A DNA stretch of 64,000 bases from Octopus bimaculoides (taxonomy: Eukaryota), in NCBI RefSeq assembly GCF_001194135.2, contig NC_068998.1, positions 6,030,519 to 6,094,518 of the forward strand, read 5' to 3'. This document shows positions 51,695-62,930 of this stretch, in pieces (within the stretch, counting starts at the first letter, position 1; each line of letters begins with the position of its first letter). Under the pieces are notes generated by a model. That model saw nothing but the letters and a program-made list of their open reading frames with translations, searched no databases and was not told where the DNA came from. Both the position numbers and the translations under genes were made by a program.

Positions 51695-51882
51695 GGTACA
51701 AGAAATTACGCCGTGTTGAAGACCGTAAAAAACAAGAACAACAGAAACGACAACCACAGGGAGGCAGGTTCGATGTTCAAGCGATCATGGATCGAGCAAT
51801 AGAAATCCGGAGGAAAGTTCTTGAAGCTAGTGATAGTGAAGAAGAAGCATTTTCCGACGAAAACGAATGGGATTCTGATTAA
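51695..51882 (+). CDS. WASF: WAVE/SCAR last coding exon: WH2 LRRV motif, Central helix, Acidic tail with terminal Trp, stop TAA
   Basis: Long polypyrimidine tract, then tctacag|GG (phase 1). YKKLRRVEDRKKQEQQKRQPQGGRFDVQAIMDRAIEIRRKVLEASDSEEEAFSDENEWDSD* is a typical WCA end. Confidence 0.95.
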
Positions 51883-52326
51883 CGATAACGACGATGATAA
51901 TAATAATAATAATAAGGATAATAATAATAATAATAATGATGATGATGACGATGATAATGATGATAATTATAATAACAACAAACAGCAAACAAAACGACGA
52001 AAGATTTCAAATAATAGACCCTCTCCCCTTTCCCCTGCTCTGCCCCCACTGGAAAAAGAAAAACAAATTATACAAAGCAAATACAAATACGCACATATAT
52101 TATATACACATACATGCATGCTTACCAACATACACATACACGCACAAGTACACACATACACATTCAGTTGGGTGCATATACCACAGATATCCATTGTATC
52201 TTTGTCCTTTTCCATGTGAACTTGGATCGAAAGTGTTATTACAATGACCACCACCACCACTATTACTATGATTAAACAATGGATTTGTCCTGCTCCTATT
52301 ATTTTTATCATTATTATTATTACTAT

Positions 52327-52358
<32 letters not shown>

Positions 52359-53117
52359 AAATTTTATTTTGGCATTGCTGTTGCGTACTATTAAAAAAAA
52401 AACTACAAGTACTTCTTACATGGCTTTCATACCCTTGACTTCGATTTATGTATGATGGTGTCTACCTACCTACCTACCTACCTACCTATCTACTTACCTA
52501 CCAATCTGTCTATTTATCTATCTATCTATCTATCTGAGTGATCGATTGATCTATCTATCGATCCATCCTATTGGAACGCTCCACTGGTTGCAATTTGCAT
52601 TTATTTATATATTTTTTTTTTTTACTCTCCCGTGCTCCTTCTCTCCTCCTCTCGTTCTCCACTTCTTCGTTCCTCCTTCCTTCCCACCCCTCAACAATAG
52701 CCAACACATTTTCGATGATTCGATTCGTAAGAAAAACAACCTCTCCACCAACACGTACATGTACACACACACACACACACACTAGTTCTCCACAGTATTC
52801 TTCGAAGAGAAAGTTTTTTTTTTTTTTTTGTACAGTAACAATGAACTTGAAGAAACTAGAAAGCAAGAAAGAAAGAAAGAAAGAAAAGGAAAAAGAAGCA
52901 AGCTACTGAAGGGATCAACTCTGCACTTGTTGTTGTTGTTTTTGTTGCTGTTGTCATTTAATCTTTTGAGAACAAATGAAGCTCCCCTGCCCCCCCCTCT
53001 TGCTCCACACCTCCACACAGTGAAAAAGAAGAAAAAAGGAAGGAAGCAAAGAGACAAAAAAAAAAAAAAGAAAGAATATTCAGATAAAAATTACAAACCA
53101 ACCAAACNNNNNNNNNN

Positions 53118-53154
<37 letters not shown>

Positions 53155-54680
53155 TAAAACAGTAATAATAATAATAATATTAATAATAATAATAATAATA
53201 ATAAAGGGAGTTAACTACCAGAAAACAGCCAAGAAAACTGGGGGAGATACAAACTGGATGTAGTTTTTGTTTTGGAAATATCATCAAACATTGTAATGTC
53301 CGTTTTGTTTTGTTGTTTATTAAATGTACAGGGATGATACATTTTGTTAATATCAAAGAATCTCTCTCTCTCTTTCTCGTCCCACTGCTCTCAACCTATT
53401 TCCTCCTCTTCCCCCCTTTCTCTCTCCTGTGACTTCCATATATATGTATATATGTAACACATATATATATATATGTGTATATGTGACAAACAAAATAATA
53501 GTGTGTACTGTTGTTGTTGTTGTTGACCAGCCCTACCTTACCTCGTACTCACCCCCCCACTTCCCCTGAGTCAGCTCTCATGAAAAGGAAAAAAAAAACG
53601 AAAGAAAGAGGAAAAACAAGATGTGGTGATTTCACATTCTTTGTGTTATGATGGGTGGGTGAAAGTTGGTAGGGTACTTTCCGAAGATTTAAAGTAGGCT
53701 TTGAATTTTTAAAAAAATCTTTTTTCTTTTCTTTTTTTTTTTTAATTTGGTGAGATGAAGATTGAAGACAGTCGGCCGTTATCAGAATTTGTTGAGGAAA
53801 AAGACATTGCTGCTACTGAAACTCCCCCTCCTCCTCTCCTTTGGCTTCAGTATGTGTGTGTGTATGTTTGTGCTCACCTGTAAGCATTATTTCTTCTTTC
53901 TCCTTTGGAAAGGAACAAGCATAATGGCATCTAATGATGATAATGAAAAAAAACAACATATATATATATATNNNNNNNNNNNNNNNNNNNNNNNNNNNNN
54001 NNNNNNNNNNNNNNNNNNNNNNNNNNNNNNNNNNNNNNNNNNNNNNNNNNNNNNNNNNNNNNNNNNNNNNNNNNNNNNNNNNNNNNNNNNNNNNNNNNNN
54101 NNNNNNNNNNNNNNNNNNNNNNNNNNNNNNNNNNNNNNNNNNNNNNNNNNNNNNNNNNNNNNNNNNNNNNNNNNNNNNNNNNNNNNNNNNNNNNNNNNNN
54201 NNNNNNNNNNNNNNNNNNNNNNNNNNNNNNNNNNNNNNNNNNNNNNNNNNNNNNNNNNNNNNNNNNNNNNNNNNNNNNNNNNNNNNNNNNNNNNNNNNNN
54301 NNNNNNNNNNNNNNNNNNNNNNNNNNNNNNNNNNNNNNNNNNNNNNNNNNNNNNNNNNNNNNNNNNNNNNNNNNNNNNNNNNNNNNNNNNNNNNNNNNNN
54401 NNNNNNNNNNNNNNNNNNNNNNNNNNNNNNNNNNNNNNNNNNNNNNNNNNNNNNNNNNNNNNNNNNNNNNNNNNNNNNNNNNNNNNNNNNNNNNNNNNNN
54501 NNNNNNNNNNNNNNNNNNNNNNNNAATACTTTTTATTTCTGTGATTTTTTTTTTCTTTTTCCTCTGGAAATAAATATTAAACTGATATATTGGACAAATA
54601 TTTATCTACTTTGCACTATGTGTACATATTTGTGTGTGTTTGTATGTGTGAATAAATTAAATTCTTCTATGCTGTCTGCT
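51883..54680 (+). other. Probable 3' UTR of the WAVE gene (end uncertain)
   Basis: Follows the stop codon and lacks the SINEs common elsewhere. AATAAA at 53200, 54569 and 54651; the last is preceded by TGTA motifs. Interrupted by gaps. Confidence 0.45.
54651..54656 (+). terminator. Candidate polyadenylation signal AATAAA
   Basis: AATAAA with upstream TGTA elements (54621, 54641). A SINE array starts ~250 bp later. Confidence 0.35.
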
Positions 54681-54739
54681 GGATGCTGGCATGGAGTTTC
54701 CAGCCAAGTTTAAACAATTCTTTTCTTGCATTATTATTA

Positions 54740-54782
<43 letters not shown>

Positions 54783-54905
54783 AATCATTATTATTGTTGT
54801 TGTTGTGCTGAGGTTGATTATTCCCTTCCTTAAAAATCTGTGGTCTTGTGTGTCTATAGAGGAAATTATTTCTATTATTAAACAATTATTATGATTAATT
54901 ATAGC

Positions 54906-55830
54906 AAAGCTGCAAGCTGGCAGAATTGGTTAGCACGCTGGGCAAAAATGCTTAGTGGCATTTTGTCCATCTTCACATTCTGAGTTCAAATTCCACCAGG
55001 GGTCAACTTTGCCTTTCATCTTTCCAGGGTTGATAAAATAAGTACCAGTTGAAAACTGGGGTCGATGTGAATGACTTACTGCTTCCCTTGATATTACTGG
55101 CCTTGTGCTAAAATTTGAAACCACCACCATCATCATCATCATCATCATCATCATTATTATTATTATTATTATTAAAGAAAGGGTGGAAGATTGGCAGAGT
55201 TATTATTAGAGTGACTTACAAAATTGCCTCACGATATTTGTGTTTTGCTCTCTCTCCTCTTTGAGTTCAAACCCCATTCAGGCCAACTTTGCCTTTCATC
55301 TTTTTAGGATTTAAAGAATGTACCGGACCAGTACTAGTCATTGTAATCAATTATTCTCTCTCCTTTGAAAATTACATGCGCTGTACTTAATTTAGAAGCC
55401 ATTATCATTAAGGCAGCATGCTGGGCAAAATGCTTACCACCATTCCATCTGTCTACATGTTCTGAGTTCAAATTCTGCTAATGTTCACTTTGCCTTTAAT
55501 TGTTTTGGGGGATGGGGGCAATGGAATAAGTACCAGTTAAGTACTGAGGTTGTTGTAATCGACTAGCCCCCTCCCCACAAAATTCAGGCCGTGTGCCCTA
55601 TAGTAGAAAGGATTATAATTGAGGCGGTGAACTAGCAGAATCGTTAAGCATGTTTGACAAAATGCTTAGCAGCATTTCTTCCGGTTCTGTACCTTCTTAG
55701 TTAAAATTACCACCAAAGTAAGCTTTGCTTTTCGTCTTTTATGGGGTTGATAAAATAATGTACCATTCCAGTACCGGAGTCAATGGCAATCGACTAATCT
55801 CCTGTTGGCCTTGTATCTAAATTATAGGCC
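54906..55830 (+). mobile_element. Head-to-tail array of 4 family A SINEs
   Basis: Heads GCTGGCAGAAT(C)GTTAGCA...AAAATGCTTAG near 54906, 55176, 55411 and 55621, each followed by the family A core and an (ATC/ATT)n tail. Confidence 0.9.
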
Positions 55831-56031
55831 ATGATAATGATAATGGCTTATATCAGCAACCTTCATAGAAGATATGAACTTGGCAAGAAAAGCAAATCGG
55901 ACCACTGAGGCATCTAATTCTCTTGGTGAAAGCCTGCACATTACAATCTCTCCTTTCCACCCTGCCCCTCCTGAAATTCTTTGACTTATTTAAGAAATAC
56001 ACATATATTCTCACACACATACATTTTATAT

Positions 56032-56258
56032 TTAACCCTTTAGTGTTTAAACTGGCCATATCCAGCCATATATTCTACCCGTTTTATGTTCAAACTGGCC
56101 AGATCTGGCCTCTCACACCTACCTTGCAATGTCATTTTTTAAAATAGACAACCACATCATTGATATCTCAAATCCACAAGATAATGTGAGATTAATTCAA
56201 AACAATGTGAATAAACAAACGTTACACTTGACAATAGTCTGAATGCTAAAAGGGTCAA
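56032..56258. mobile_element. TTAA-flanked MITE, family F
   Basis: TTAACCCTTTAGTGTTTAAACTGGCC ... GAATGCTAAAAGGGTCAA. Confidence 0.8.
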
Positions 56259-56599
56259 GTGTATATCCATATATTGTATATCTCGATTTTGCAAAAGTTG
56301 GGAGACTCCATGCTTTATTATTTTTACTATCAATTCCTACTGGTTCTCGGCATTGGTTTTCATCCTTCTTGGCAGCATAATTATGGTAAATTGAAAAATT
56401 ATATTGGAGGGTAAAAAAAAAAAAAAATATTCTTTTTCTTATTCCCTTGAAAAAAAAAATCCCAAAATACTCCCATCTTTGGAATTCTTCAGTTTTATAT
56501 TCTAAGACAAATTGAATAAGGCATCATATTTAACTGAACTTTGGACATTCTACCTTACATAGCATATGCGTCTATATGGCTATGTTAATTAGAATTTTG

Positions 56600-56740
56600 C
56601 TTCACAAATACAAGGTTCTAGGTTCAGTTGATCTCACTGTACAGCACCTTGGGCAAGATTTCTTCTATAGCTGCAGGTATGTCTAAGGATTTATGAGTGA
56701 AATCAGGCAGATGGAAACTGTGTAGAAGCCCACTCTATTC
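56600..56740 (+). mobile_element. Family B SINE head and central domain
   Basis: GGTTCTAGGTTCAG...CAGCACCTTGGGCAAG...ATGGAAACTGTGTAGAAGCCC. Confidence 0.7.
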
Positions 56741-58069
56741 ATATACAGTATTTGTCTCTCTGATGATTACATGAAGAGTTCAAACCTTTCTGTGGAATAC
56801 TCTGCCAAATAAACTATTACAAGATAACTATCCACTGAAAAAAAAAACTAGAAAACTCGTTTTGCAATACTGAGAGTCCTGACAGAATATTTCTTGTAGA
56901 TAAGCCTCCTTGCTTTTCTTATTTGTTTGCTGTTTTTCTTTTCTTTTCTGTTATTTGGCATGCATTTATTACTGTTGCTTCTCTTCTGCCTCCCTTCTGC
57001 ATTTTAAGGAAAAAAAAAAAAACTGCTCAGCATTTTGTTTTTGACTTTTCTGTTTTCTCCTTTCACTGTATCCTGTATTGAAACCCCTGTCTCCTTTTTT
57101 ATGCCTCTGTCTTTCACATACACACACACACACACACACACACTTTCTCTCTCTCTCTCTCTCTCTCATAATCTTTAACACTCTGGATATGAAATCTCAA
57201 ACGTTTATATATTTATTTATCATCCGTAAGATTATTATTGACAGTGCTTTAAGTTTCAGCCAGATAAGCCCTCGTCGGACTGTCCTGTTTTTCAGTTAAC
57301 TTTATGAAAGCACTCAACGTCAAAACAAAACTGTTATATTAGCTTTTGTTTTTATGTTCAGCTGTAATAAAAACAATTTTACATTAATCTCATGGGTTAC
57401 TCAGTCCAATGATGGCTTAACTAACTGAAACTTTGAAGTCACTGTCAATAATATTCTTGCTTAAAAATAGATTGATACTCTACAAAAGTATAGAGTAACT
57501 TATCAGATTAATGTAAAAATTGTTTTTATTATAACTGAACACAAGAACACACACACACACCTGTAAAAAGCTGTTTTTACCTGTCTCTGTTCTTAAATCT
57601 GTGTGTGTATGAGAGATAGCTTCTTAACATATTTGGTCTCAAACAAGGTATCGACTAGGCCAATCTGTGATTGACTGTAACTCAGAAATAACCCATGACA
57701 GAAGCTATTATTACTAAATGTTTAGATTGCATGTGTTAGTTATGAGATGGAGGGAGGCCACATATCCAATGTTGCAATGACGCCAGAGCCCTAGAGGTTG
57801 ATAGACTTGTGAGTAGTGTTGCTTCTTTCTGACTGTCACAGTTTGGTGACATAGGCCAACAAGTAAGCATCTATGTTGTTGATCAGCCTTTTAGAAATAG
57901 CAGCCCAATCTCCCTTCAATCACACTATTGTATTAATAAAAAGATAGACGTTTTATCTACACTCAGAGAATGGGAGAAGGCAGCCTTTCATCCACTGGGT
58001 CCCCAAACTTAGAGAAAATTACACAATGCACAGTATTTATTTGTTGTAATTAATTGTTGAATTAAAATT

Positions 58070-58450
58070 AATGCACAGGCATGACTGTGGTAAAGAAATT
58101 TTGTTTTCCAACCAGATAGTTGGAGGTTCAGTCCCACTACGTGGCACCTTGGTCAAGTGTCTTCTATGGCCTCAGGTCGACCAGAGCCTTGTGAATGGAT
58201 TTGGTAGACGGAAACTGAAAGAAGCTCATCATGTGTGTGCATAGTTTTGTTTCTATTTCCTAACTGCCATTTGACAGCTGGTGATTGTGCGTGTACATCC
58301 CTGTAACTTAGCGTTTCAGCAAAAAAGACTGAGAGAATGTGCCAGGCATAAAAAAAATAAGTTCTAGGATCAATTCATCTGAGTAAAACTCTTCAAGGTG
58401 GCGCCCCAGCTTGGCCACAGTCTAATGACTGAAACAAGTAAAAGATAAAG
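58070..58450 (+). mobile_element. Full-length family B SINE with second tail type
   Basis: Head GGTTCAGTCCCACTACGTGGCACCTTGGTCAAGTGTCTTC; central GCCTTGTGAATGGATTTGGTAGACGGAAACTGAAAGAAGC; tail CCCCAGCTTGGCCACAGTCTAATGACTGAAACAAGTAAAAGATAAAG. The same tail recurs at ~17960-18160, 34750-34845 and 58930-59190. Confidence 0.85.
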
Positions 58451-58559
58451 GCGATGGGTTAACTTTGAACATGCTTTCACTCAAAGAAGGTATGTTTGTG
58501 TGTGTGTGTGTGTGTGTATTCTTACATATGGATACATGTTTGCTTTGCAATCACGCTAA

Positions 58560-58920
58560 AGTTTGCAGGTGTGAACCTCTATGTGGTCACTCAGACCACT
58601 AGAAATGGCAGCCAAATCTCCCTTATATTACACCCTATCTTTAGAAAAAAAAGACATGGACATTCAATAATGTTATCTTGGATTAGGGATTTCCTTGTCA
58701 TCTGTGATGTACTGCAGGCTTTTTTTAGTGGGTGTACAAGAGGCCTTGCTATGAAAAAGAAAATCCCTAAAATATTATAAAAGAGCTTATCTATAAACAT
58801 TTACTTAGAACTAAATTTTATTTGCATGACATTACAACAGCATTACTAGAGGATGGTTAGTCATGGTTGGAATGCGTTGGGTATAGGTCTCCTTGATCAG
58901 TCATCTGCTGCCTAAAACAA
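58560..58920 (+). repeat. Family E interspersed repeat (other copies ~1830-2040, ~21620-21700, ~57860-57970)
   Basis: Shared motif CTAGAAAT(A/G)GCAGCCAAATCTCCCT at four loci. Class not determined. Confidence 0.55.
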
Positions 58921-59498
58921 TAACACTCAAGTGGATTTGATAGAAGGAAACTATGTGGAAGCCAATTTATAATTGTGTGTGTGCTTCTGTTTGTTCCCTC
59001 CCCAACCTTTTGAAATCCGGTGTAGGTTTGTTTATGTCCCCCATAACTCAGCAGTTTGGCAAAAGAGATTGATAGAATAAGCACCTAGCTTAGAAAACAA
59101 AATACTGGGGTTGATCTGTTTGACTTGGGGGGAAAAAAAAGCACTTACAAGGCATTGCCCCAGTTGAATGACAAACGAGTAAAAACAAAACAAAAAAAAG
59201 TATTAATTCAGGATTCATAAAACAATTCCCTTTCTTTCTCTCTCGACCCCTTTCACTCGTCTGAATGGATTCTGGGTTGTCACACTGCTAAACTAATTTC
59301 TCCTACATCACTTGCTCACTCGCCTGTCGGTGCAAATAATGTGCTATCATTATTTATTTCATGATATCTAATTATATTCAGAGGTTTATATTCGGCTATG
59401 CTTTATCTCTTTTACATGTAGAGAAATGTCAATATTCTCAGTATTATTTTAATGTTTTGGGAGTCCTGTCGTGTGAAGTGTGCATGTATGGATGTGTG

Positions 59499-59630
59499 TA
59501 TATATATAAATATATAGTTTTAGGGGAAAGAACCAAGGTTCATGAACTCATCGATGAAAATCCAGTGTCACATATCGATGAGTTCGTGAACCTTGGTTCT
59601 TTTCCCTAAAACTATATATTTATATATATA
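59499..59630. repeat. Inverted repeat: 57-bp arms, 18-nt spacer
   Basis: 59499-59555 is the reverse complement of 59574-59630 with only 2 mismatches. Confidence 0.95.
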
Positions 59631-59728
59631 TTTTATACTTGAAACTTAATTTAATTTTAATTTTTAATGAATTTATTTTAATTGAGTTTTTACCTGTAAT
59701 TTTGGATTTTTATCCCTAATATTATTAT

Positions 59729-59764
<36 letters not shown>

Positions 59765-59835
59765 TTAGTGTGAATATTTCAAAATCTTGTTATTCTCCAC
59801 TGATATGTTTTAAATTTCTGCACACATCCATGTGT

Positions 59836-60160
59836 GAGAAAACATGTGGCTGAATGGTTTGGGTAACCCAGCTCACAATTGTACGGTCATGAGCTTGATA
59901 ACTGGCAGCATGTTGTGTCCTCGAGCAAGACACTTTCTTTTTCTCCATTGCTCCAGTCCACACAGCTGGCAATAACGAGTTGTTCCTGTATTTAAAAAAG
60001 GTCAGCCTTGTCACCTTGATTGTCAAGTTGAAGATCCCTGAGGGTATGCATGTCTGTGGAGTGCTCAACCACAGACGTGTTAATATCACGAGCAGGCTGG
60101 CTGCTCTGTTGATCAGATCAGCTGAAACCTTCGGTGGTCATAACTAATAGAGTACCAGAA
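59836..60160 (+). mobile_element. Family D tRNA-derived SINE (other copies ~48540-48740 +, ~34480-34640 -)
   Basis: Shared GTGTCCT(C/T)GAGCAAGACACTT...TTGCTCCAGTC(C/T)AC(A/T)CAG(C/T)TG domain; reverse complement GTCTTGCTTAAGAACACAAC at ~34560. Confidence 0.7.
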
Positions 60161-60179
60161 AGAAGGATGTATAGAGATA

Positions 60180-60560
60180 GATATGGCTTTCTGATTAAGA
60201 AGTTCACTTCCCAACTGCATGGTTTCAGGCTCATTCTCATGCATAACACCCTGAGCAAGAATCCTCTACTATGGCCCCAGGTCAACGAAGCTTTGTGATT
60301 AGATTTCGTAGATGATGGAAACTGAAAGAAGCCTGTCGTGTTTGCATTTGTGCTCTATGAAAAGTCATTTGCTACAAGCAGAATTGTTGTCATTGTCATC
60401 GCTGTTATTGTCGATAAATCATCAGTTTGCTTCACACCTGTGAAGATGTATGAAATGGGAGATCCGTTACTTGAAAAACGGGCTCAGGCTGGTAACCAGA
60501 AGGGCATCCAGTTACAAAACAATTCCTCAATAAGATATACATAATAAACCGATGTGAAAT
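60180..60560 (+). mobile_element. Family B SINE, RTE-like tail
   Basis: GATGGAAACTGAAAGAAGCCTGTCGT central domain; GGTAACCAGAAGGGCATCCAG tail. Confidence 0.75.
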
Positions 60561-60569
60561 GAATAAAGG

Positions 60570-60780
60570 TTACATAATTATCATTTAATGTCTGTTTTCC
60601 ATGCTGGCACTCGTTGGGCAGTTTGATAGGAGCTGGCAAGCCTGGAGAGCTGCTCTAGGCTCCAGTTGTCTGTTTTGGCAAGGTTTCTATGACCAGATGC
60701 CCTTAACACCAGCCACTTCAGGGTGTAGTGAGTGCTTTTGACATGGCACTAGCATAAGTGCTTTTTATGTGAACTGATAT
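60570..60780 (-). mobile_element. Family C RTE-tailed short retroposon (other copies ~27140-27335 +, ~42520-42630 +, ~7180-7275 -, 44975-45017 +)
   Basis: Shared GAAG(G/A)GCATCCAGC..TAGAAAC...AACCCATGCCAGCATGGAAA motifs. Here seen as the reverse complement TCATTTAATGTCTGTTTTCCATGCTGGCA...CCAGATGCCCTTAACACCAGCCAC. Confidence 0.65.
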
Positions 60781-61120
60781 CCTGGTGGGTGGGGAATGTT
60801 GAGTTGCCCACACAGCCTGTTGGGTGTCACCATTTGAAAGCTACTACAATAATACAAGGATATACATTCTGACAGTGGCATATAACAATATCTGATAGCC
60901 TGGTTGATACAGTGAAATGTGTGTGTATATATATATATATTTATAAAATTTTACTGACATTGGCAGACAAAATCATTTATGAAGGCTGAAAAGCTGACCA
61001 AGTTGATGGTAACTTGGATTGGATGATGAAGACAAAAGTTCAAATATTGATCTGTCTGTCCGCTTTTGCCTATTGGTTCCTATTTATCTCAATTTTAGTA
61101 TCTGTCTGTCTGTCTGTGTT

Positions 61121-61158
<38 letters not shown>

Positions 61159-62519
61159 NNNNNNNNNNNNNNNNNNNNNNNNNNNNNNNNNNNNNNNNNN
61201 NNNNNNNNNNNNNNNNNNNNNNNNNNNNNNNNNNNNNNNNNNNNNNNNNNNNNNNNNNNNNNNNNNNNNNNNNNNNNNNNNNNNNNNNNNNNNNNNNNNN
61301 NNNNNNNNNNNNNNNNNNNNNNNNNNNNNNNNNNNNNNNNNNNNNNNNNNNNNNNNNNNNNNNNNNNNNNNNNNNNNNNNNNNNNNNNNNNNNNNNNNNN
61401 NNNNNNNNNNNNNNNNNNNNNNNNNNNNNNNNNNNNNNNNNNNNNNNNNNNNNNNNNNNNNNNNNNNNNNNNNNNNNNNNNNNNNNNNNNNNNNNNNNNN
61501 NNNNNNNNNNNNNNNNNNNNNNNNNNNNNNNNNNNNNNNNNNNNNNNNNNNNNNNNNNNNNNNNNNNNNNNNNNNNNNNNNNNNNNNNNNNNNNNNNNNN
61601 NNNNNNNNNNNNNNNNNNNNNNNNNNNNNNNNNNNNNNNNNNNNNNNNNNNNNNNNNNNNNNNNNNNNNNNNNNNNNNNNNNNNNNNNNNNNNNNNNNNN
61701 NNNNNNNNNNNNNNNNNNNNNNNNNNNNNNNNNNNNNNNNNNNNNNNNNNNNNNNNNNNNNNNNNNNNNNNNNNNNNNNNNNNNNNNNNNNNNNNNNNNN
61801 NNNNNNNNNNNNNNNNNNNNNNNNNNNNNNNNNNNNNNNNNNNNNNNNNNNNNNNNNNNNNNNNNNNNNNNNNNNNNNNNNNNNNNNNNNNNNNNNNNNN
61901 NNNNNNNNNAAAGAAAAAAGAAACAAAATACAACCTTTGTTACTGCTGCAAAGAATTGCTGCTAAATTCTATGGTTTATTGTTTGTGTGTTTGTGGTTGT
62001 TGTTGTTGTTATTATTATTATTATTATTAATATTAATTTTTTTTTTCCTTTCAAATAATAATTGTAACTTTTTATTTGTTTCTATTTTTGTTTTTGTTTT
62101 TTGTTTTATTTTATAATTATTTTTCAAATTTTTTGGCAGCAACGTAATATTAATAATAATAATAAAATTTGCCAGATGTTGATTCCAAAAAAAAAAAAAA
62201 TCTTTGGAAAATTTCTTAGTTCTTGGAATTCTCTTTCCCATGCGTTATATTCTTGTTCTTTCACTCTCTCTCCCCCCCTCTCTTTTGCATGCACACATGC
62301 GTATACATGCTCTCTCTCTCTCTTTTCTCCTCCATGCAGATCAGTGGTTCTCAATTGGAGTGTGTATGACCCCTGAGGATTTATATAAGATAGGGTGGGG
62401 TTCATTCAACGGAATGGTAAATTTGAGATCCTCAATAGTATGTTAAGGGCTCCTGAAAAAGGTCTTGCTTTAAATGTATTGCAAAAAACAGCATGGTTCC
62501 CTTCTCTAGCATTTTACAT

Positions 62520-62630
62520 AGGTCAACTCACACAAGCCGAAGACACTTGCCGAAGGTGGTCTGCAGTGGGACTGAACCCAAAACCACATAGTTGGGAAAC
62601 AAGTCTCTTAACCACTCAGCCACACTTGTG
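62520..62630 (-). mobile_element. Family B SINE head, minus strand
   Basis: GAAGACACTTGCCGAAGG...GCAGTGGGACTGAACCCAAAACCACATAGTTGGG...AACCACTCAGCCAC. Confidence 0.75.
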
Positions 62631-62799
62631 TGTGTGTATATGGTTGCAATATTTGCAAATAATTAAGAAAAATTCTGCCTTTGCATGGTTCCAGTCTGAT
62701 GACTAAAGACCATTGATTGATAGAACATTGCTGTTTAACCCCAGGTCAAACCTTGATTGAGCTGACTTACGATTGAAAACATTCTGCTTGGTGAAGATT

Positions 62800-62930
62800 T
62801 GGCTTTCATCCTTTTGGGGGGGGGGGCTGATAAAATAAGTACCAGTCAAATACTTGGGGTTGGTATAATTCACTAGCCCCTCCTCTCAAAAATTTCAGGT
62901 TTTGCACCTTTATTTGAAAGGATTATTTAC
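62800..62930 (+). mobile_element. 5'-truncated family A SINE
   Basis: GGCTTTCATCCTTTTGG...GATAAAATAAGTACCAGTC...AAAATTTCAGG. Confidence 0.75.

Noticed and set aside
62342-62520. hAT-like end CAGTGGTTCTCAA (similar ends at ~35150-35162 and ~57995)
   Set aside because: No matching opposite TIR or 8-bp TSD could be identified.
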